NCBI RefSeq assembly: GCF_009914755.1
Contig: NC_060938.1
Source: the human T2T-CHM13v2.0 reference genome, Homo sapiens
Length of the DNA: 64,000 nt
Direction: 5' to 3' (one strand)
The translations under genes and the position numbers were made by a program. The notes beneath the pieces were generated by a model, which saw nothing but the letters and a program-made list of their open reading frames with translations, ran no database searches and was not told the origin of the DNA. Of the stretch, positions 58,193 through 64,000 are shown in pieces. The number at the start of each line of letters is the position of its first letter. The first letter of the stretch is position 1.

Positions 58193-59221
58193 GTTATGTT
58201 TTGCAGTTTTATAAATTGCAAGGTTGTTCATTTTTGCCCCAATTTTTCTTTCTCTTTTTTGGTCATTATAATAGTACTAACAGCTAAGGAATGCTATAAA
58301 ATGAGCAGGGTTTTGAACTGCCGTTGTCTATTCAGAAAATAATTAAAGGTACACTGAAGACAGTTTGCAATGAGAAGACACTGAGAACTCACAAAGCAAA
58401 CCTATCCAGCTCTGTTTTCTCTCCCGGGCCCTAGTGAGCTATCACCTCCACTGTCACTAATTTCCCTGAGCCTCAGTTTTCTGATCTACAAAATAGGAAT
58501 CCATGATCCTATGGACTCCATGATCTCTGAAGCTTGTGATCTCCAGGACCTTTGAAGTTCTGAAGTTCTAACGTTCAATGATGCTACACACTCTGAGTCA
58601 GGATTTAACAAAATTTCCAAATTTTACTGACATGCTTTTCTGTATGCTGCTAAGAATGTTTAACAAAGAGATAAAACACTATATAATAAGAAAAATATCT
58701 TCATTCAAAAAATAGACTATAAAAAGGATAAACGCTTTGTGTGACCAGGACCTTTTTTCTTCATACTGTTTCCTGTATCCTCACTGACAAATAATGCTAA
58801 TATGTGAAACCCTCTCAAGGCATGGAAATAGCCTTGTTCAGTTGGATGTTAAAATGGCATTTTCCATGCATTATGCATTATGAATGGAAGGTTAATGAAA
58901 TTGTGCATGTCTCAGTTTTCACTCTGCAGGTTATTTTGCAATAGGGACGAGACTATCCTACCTTTAATTTCGTGTTTTATTAAATTAAATGCATTTCAAA
59001 GAAAGGGCCATTTTATTCCACTGTTCTGTCTTTTTTTCACTAGCAAGATGGCATGCTAAATGCTTTTTCCTGTTGATTCTTTTAAAAGTCTGTGGTTTCC
59101 AGTGAATTTGATATAAGCACACACTTTCGACATAGAAGAAATAACTATGAATTTATTTGAGTCAGAAGTCCTTAAAACTGAGACAGGAGCTTCCATTTGG
59201 ACTTTAAACATATCCCTTAAC

Positions 59222-59395
59222 TCAATAGTTCTCACCTAGAGGGCTGTTCCCACTGGGTGGGACAACATTTGATCTGTATGATGGTCCCATGCATTGTATG
59301 GTATGAGCATCCCTGGCTCCCACCCACTAAATAATTGCGACAACCATCATTGTGACAACCATCCCAGCTCCGCACACATTTCCAAATGCCAGCTT
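59222..59395. mobile_element. hAT-Charlie MITE fragment (MER20/MER117-like)
   Basis: 'gcatccctggctcccacccactaaat...cattgtgacaacca...cacacatttccaaatgcc'. Confidence 0.55.
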
Positions 59396-59869
59396 CTCTG
59401 AAAGAGTCCAAATTGGGAGAGTCCCTCTGGAGAAAAGAGGCCCAAGAATAAGAAGTTGATTTTCAAAAGCCTGAAGAGACTCTGTGTGTATGTGGAGAAA
59501 TGTGGCTTCAAACATTCCAGCCCACGTCTCCAATTAATGCATCTTCACAACGTCATTGCTCCCTGGATGATGACACTTACATGAAGAGAAAAATCATAAG
59601 AGAGGACATTTGAAAATCACCTGGTTTATAGCAAATCAAACGCTTCTCCTAGACCTAGGAATGGGACCTCTTGCCATGTTACTTTATGGAAAATGTAGAC
59701 TAGTTTCTCTTTCGTACTCTGTAGAATAGATTAAGTGTGGTTGACCATAAAATGATTCTTCAGAAGTAAAGATCCTGCATAGGAAACACACACAGGAGAA
59801 TGAGTGGATTTTGTTTTCATATTCCAGATCCCTCTGTGGCAGCAGGGTTTTGAATTCCAATAAAATTTA

Positions 59870-60465
59870 ACATCCAGGTATTGGGGGCTAAAGAAGACAG
59901 ATGTGCTCTTGAGCCCTGGCAGTGTAAAGGACGAATAAGTCATGTTCTCTGCCTTTGAGGCTCACAGTTGTGCCTGGGAGACGGACACTTGGATAACCAG
60001 GATATAAAATAATCAACACCACCAATGGGGTCTGTTTATGGGGTATGGGGATCTGGTGAAGGGACACGTGATTTCATCCAGCCATAGGGGTGTGTCGGGG
60101 GAGGGGGAGGCGGAGACTGGCAGATCAGGGAAAGCTTCTGAGAGAAGGTGTCGATTGAGTTGGGTGTTAAAGGATAGATGGGCATTTACCAAGGGGTGAT
60201 GGGGTAGGGAATAGCATTCCAACCAGAGAACAGCATATGTGTGATCACAAAAGTGTGAAAGAGAATGGAGAAAATTCAGTGTGGTGGGACATTGGTGGAA
60301 GGGTAGTGCACAGAAGGGTAGAAAATGAGTAAGGGCAGCAGGCTCAGAAGTCAGGGCTTTATATTATACCTAGAAAGGAACCAATTCAGAGTTTTAAGTA
60401 AGAAAGTAAAATAACCAGACTTACATGGGGATAAGAACTCTGGTAGAAGTGTGGAAGTTGGGTAG
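59870..60465 (-). mobile_element. L2 fragment
   Basis: 'atcagggaaagcttctgagagaaggtg...ttaaaggatagatgggcatttacca...gcattccaaccagagaacagcatatg'. Confidence 0.7.
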
Positions 60466-60480
60466 ATGCAGACAAACTTT

Positions 60481-60777
<297 letters not shown>

Positions 60778-61704
60778 CAATGCAGACAAACTTTAGCCAG
60801 GGATACCAGTTAAGTGACAGTGACTTGCATACTTCATTTTTTTTTCTTTTTTCAGATGGGGTAAGAAGGTATATACTTCACTTTTAAGCATTCATCCTAA
60901 GAAGATTTAGGAAACCAAGCAAATCCATGGCAAATTGAAGGCAGATAATAAATTTGAAGATTTTCACCAGTGAAATGTTTAATGATTTACCTTGTTATTC
61001 ATATTGTGAGTGTCGGCTCTAAGCACTGTTCCTTTCTCAACAAGGAGGCACTGAAGCATTTTCTTACACCACGTCATGATGTTTGTATGCTATATCCCCA
61101 CTATGGTAGTCACAGCTTGTTGAGTCAGATTTACATCCGGAAGAAAAGTAACCATTGATATCCTGGGTGGACTGGCTCTGGGTTCTGACCAACGACAGGT
61201 GCCCTTTATTGTATAAGGTCTGTCTAACAAATCCTTTCACAGTGTCTGAGCATAAGACATCAACAGAGACTCGCAGAAAACACAATGGCAAAGAAGCCAA
61301 GATGCACAAAAAGCTCATAGAAGCTGTGAATGAGAAGAAACCTGGAGATGCTGAGAAAAGCAGAGAGGCCAGTCAGAAGCAGCAGGAAAGAAAGATGCTG
61401 AGCCAGAGAAGAGCTGAGTCCTGTGGGTGGGGCAGCCAATGTCCTCTGGACAGGTGCTCCTGAGCTTCCAGGACTATTGTCCCACAATTAGAGCCCTTCA
61501 TGTCACCTATGCAGTGTTCTGATGCCAATAAGCTGGCTGTTTGGCTGCTTAGATTTTTTTTTCCTGCTCTTATTTTCTGTGTCTCTAAAAAAACCGAATT
61601 CAAATTAACTGAGATAACTTGTGTAGTCTCTTGCAAACCGAAGGAAACTGACACATCTCACCGAGTGAGATAGCAGCATTGCTTCATAGTTAATAATGAA
61701 AACA

Positions 61705-62005
61705 GACCAAGCACAGTGTCTCATGCCTATAATCCTAGCACTTTGGGAGGCCAAGGCGGGAGCATCACTTGAAGCCAAGAGTTCAAGACCAGTCTGGGCA
61801 ACATAGCAAGACCCCCTTCTCTACAAAAAATTTTTTAAAAAAATTAGCCAGATGTGGTGGTGTGTGTCTATAGTCCCAGCTTCTTAGGAGACTGAGGCAG
61901 GAGGATCACTTGAGCCCAGGAGTTCATGGGTGCAGTGAGCTATGATTACCCCATTGCACTCCAGCCTGGGTGACAGAGTGAGACCTCATCTCTAATAATA
62001 ATAAT
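61705..62005 (+). mobile_element. AluJ inserted in or next to a MIR
   Basis: Alu body, (TAA)n tail, flanked by taataat(g)aa(a)acag. Confidence 0.92.
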
Positions 62006-62009
62006 AAAC

Positions 62010-62240
62010 AGCTACCATTTACTGAGCGCTCATTATGTGCCAGGTACTGTGACAAGAGTCGTATGTACACGATCTCATTTAAACCCCATGACAACATTGC
62101 GAGACAGATTCTTCCATTATCATCATTTTACATATGAGGAGAGGGGGTCAGAGAAGTGAAATAATGTGCCCACATTCACAGGGCTAGTCAATGGCATACT
62201 GGGGTCTGAATCCAGGTCCACCAGGCTCTAGAACTGGCAT
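62010..62240 (-). mobile_element. MIR
   Basis: 'accatttactgagcgctcattatgtgccaggtactgtg...ctcatttaaaccccatgacaac...cattttacatatgagga'. Confidence 0.85.
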
Positions 62241-62289
62241 TCCTGACAAATGTACCTGGCAGAGATGGCTAGATGCTCCCCTACAGTGG

Positions 62290-62660
62290 TGCTTCACCTT
62301 CCACAGAACACAGTTGTTGCTGGGAAGTCTCTACCTAGCTGGTCACTACATTTCCCAACCCTCCTTGCTTCCAGGGGGAGCCATGTGACTAGTTTTTGCC
62401 AGTGGGATATGCATTTTGGTTTTGAGTGTCACCTGTGGGCTGAAAATGCTTGCTTCACAACTTCCTCTTTTGCCAGCTCAATGCCGAGACCACAAGGCTC
62501 CAGGGAACAACAGAAGCACATTGTGGAAAAGTCCAGGTCTCTGAGTCACAACAGAAGAAAACTGCTGAACAAGAGCACCTGGATTATATTATCACATGAG
62601 CTAGAAATAAACTGGAATTTGGGGGTCTATTTGTTTCCGCAGTTTAACTAATAAAGCTAC
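62290..62660 (+). mobile_element. Old MLT1 (I/J-type) LTR
   Basis: 'actacatttcccaaccctccttgc...gccatgtgactagtttttgccagtgg...gaaataaact'. Confidence 0.6.
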
Positions 62661-63719
62661 ACTGCCTCCCTTTCTTGCCTTGGGGGCTGAGAGCAGTAAA
62701 ACAGGCTTACAGCTCAAAGCTCTGGGGCTCTGGTAGGTTACTCAATGAGTTGCTGAAACATTGTGGAAACTACCTCAGCTTGCACTGTTTTCCCAAACCA
62801 AGAGTAGCTCCCTGTTTTTATTCAGCATAACAGAAAAACCAGGCATCATAAACACAGAGTATGTTTGTAAACACATTATACTCATGCCTTCGCCAAATCC
62901 TTGAAAACTCACGAGAAAAAAATCAACAGAGCACTGAGCGTCGTAGCACCTCTCATCTGTTAGAAGCCTCCTCCATTCTAGTCCGATTTATATTTAGACG
63001 TTATTTCCTATTTTACACCCCCGCCTGCCGAATCGCAGCCACCTTTGGTGTGAAACATGGCACCTGCTTAATGGGCGCACAAGAGATGACACAGCTGTTT
63101 TCAATAGTAAGCGAAAGAGTAACACACCTGGGAAAAGGCAGAATGACTGGAAAGGAGAAAAGCTGGGAATTTGGAAAGTTTGCCTATACTGCCACGTTGC
63201 TCAGTTGTGGCCTATGTCAATGATGTGGGCAACTGGGATTGATCCTACCAGGACTCTCAAAGGACACAGAGTGCGTCTCAGAGTTATCTGCCTGCAGAAG
63301 AGGAGAAAACATTTACCCATTAACTTTCATCCTCTTTTGGCCAAGGGTTGCCCTGTAGGGTGTTAAGACCCTTCTACTTCCAGGTTGCACATTCCTGAAG
63401 GCTGGCCAGCAGGTATATTACGCTCAGGTGTCAAAGAGGCCCCCATTAACCAAAAAAAGGATATGAGGTGGGTCAGCAGTAGTGTCTGATACAGGCCTCA
63501 ATGCTGAAAAATGCAGGTGAGATTTAAATTACCTTCTAATGCTGACATACAGTGTCACTGCCCACACACCACTCCTCACCTGGCTGGGTAAAGACACAGG
63601 CTCGGGAAATGGGAGCTTTGCCTCTAGTTTTGGAATTTCTGCTGCTGGTTACTTGACTTAAGCAAACCATTTAATATCTGGGCATCTTACCTCTAAAATA
63701 GGGACATTAGGCTAATTCA

Positions 63720-63900
63720 TTATTTCCCAAAATATGTTCAATGGTACACTAATGTTACAGAATGTTAATTAACAGGTATACCTGGGAAGAAGGGGTTTTG
63801 TGGCCAAATAACATGGGTATATGGAGCTAAAAATAAGTTATACCAATTTCTTCCCTGAAGGATATCTCAGTCTTCTTAATATATAACTGCACAAAATCCT
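63720..63900. mobile_element. MER103C-like hAT fragment
   Basis: 'tttcccaaaatatgttcaatggtacacta...atgttaat...ggggttttgtggccaaataa'. Confidence 0.55.
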
Positions 63901-64000
63901 TTATTTGAGAAACATCTCACAGAAGTAGGTTGTTTTTTATGTTAATATTTATTGAGCACATACTATTTGCCAGGCATCATGCTAAGAACATTTCATGTAC

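Overview
This is primate (human-like) nuclear DNA, repeat-dense and non-coding (intergenic or deep intronic). I can support no protein-coding exon, RNA gene, CpG-island promoter or CRISPR-like array. The ORFs I could assign are Alu, L1, ERV or microsatellite read-throughs, and the rest resemble no protein I recognise. About 4.1-22.0 kb is one nested transposon pile: an old L1M element (minus strand) hosts an ERVL (MLT2D) provirus remnant, an L1PA16-like L1, MLT1A, an MSTB MaLR and several Alus. The ERVL itself holds MLT1A and MER52A, and the L1PA16 holds THE1D and Alus. The remainder is L2/MIR-rich background with Alus, hAT MITEs, a degenerate LTR16/ERV3-16A3 provirus and three ERV1 solo LTRs. 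The best observations are: (i) a near-consensus, zero-spacer p53 response element plus an octamer in a MER61 LTR; (ii) a 221-bp tailless, TSD-less young L1 ORF2 fragment inside MER41A; (iii) a ~100-bp inverted, locally templated copy of an LTR/host junction inside the same LTR; (iv) an in-frame RT-less ORF2 fusion and a cluster of deletion scars; (v) an AP-1/HNF1-rich unique segment containing perfect hairpins. Repeat family names come from recalled consensus sequences and should be confirmed with RepeatMasker/Dfam. I see no evidence of a new multi-gene system.
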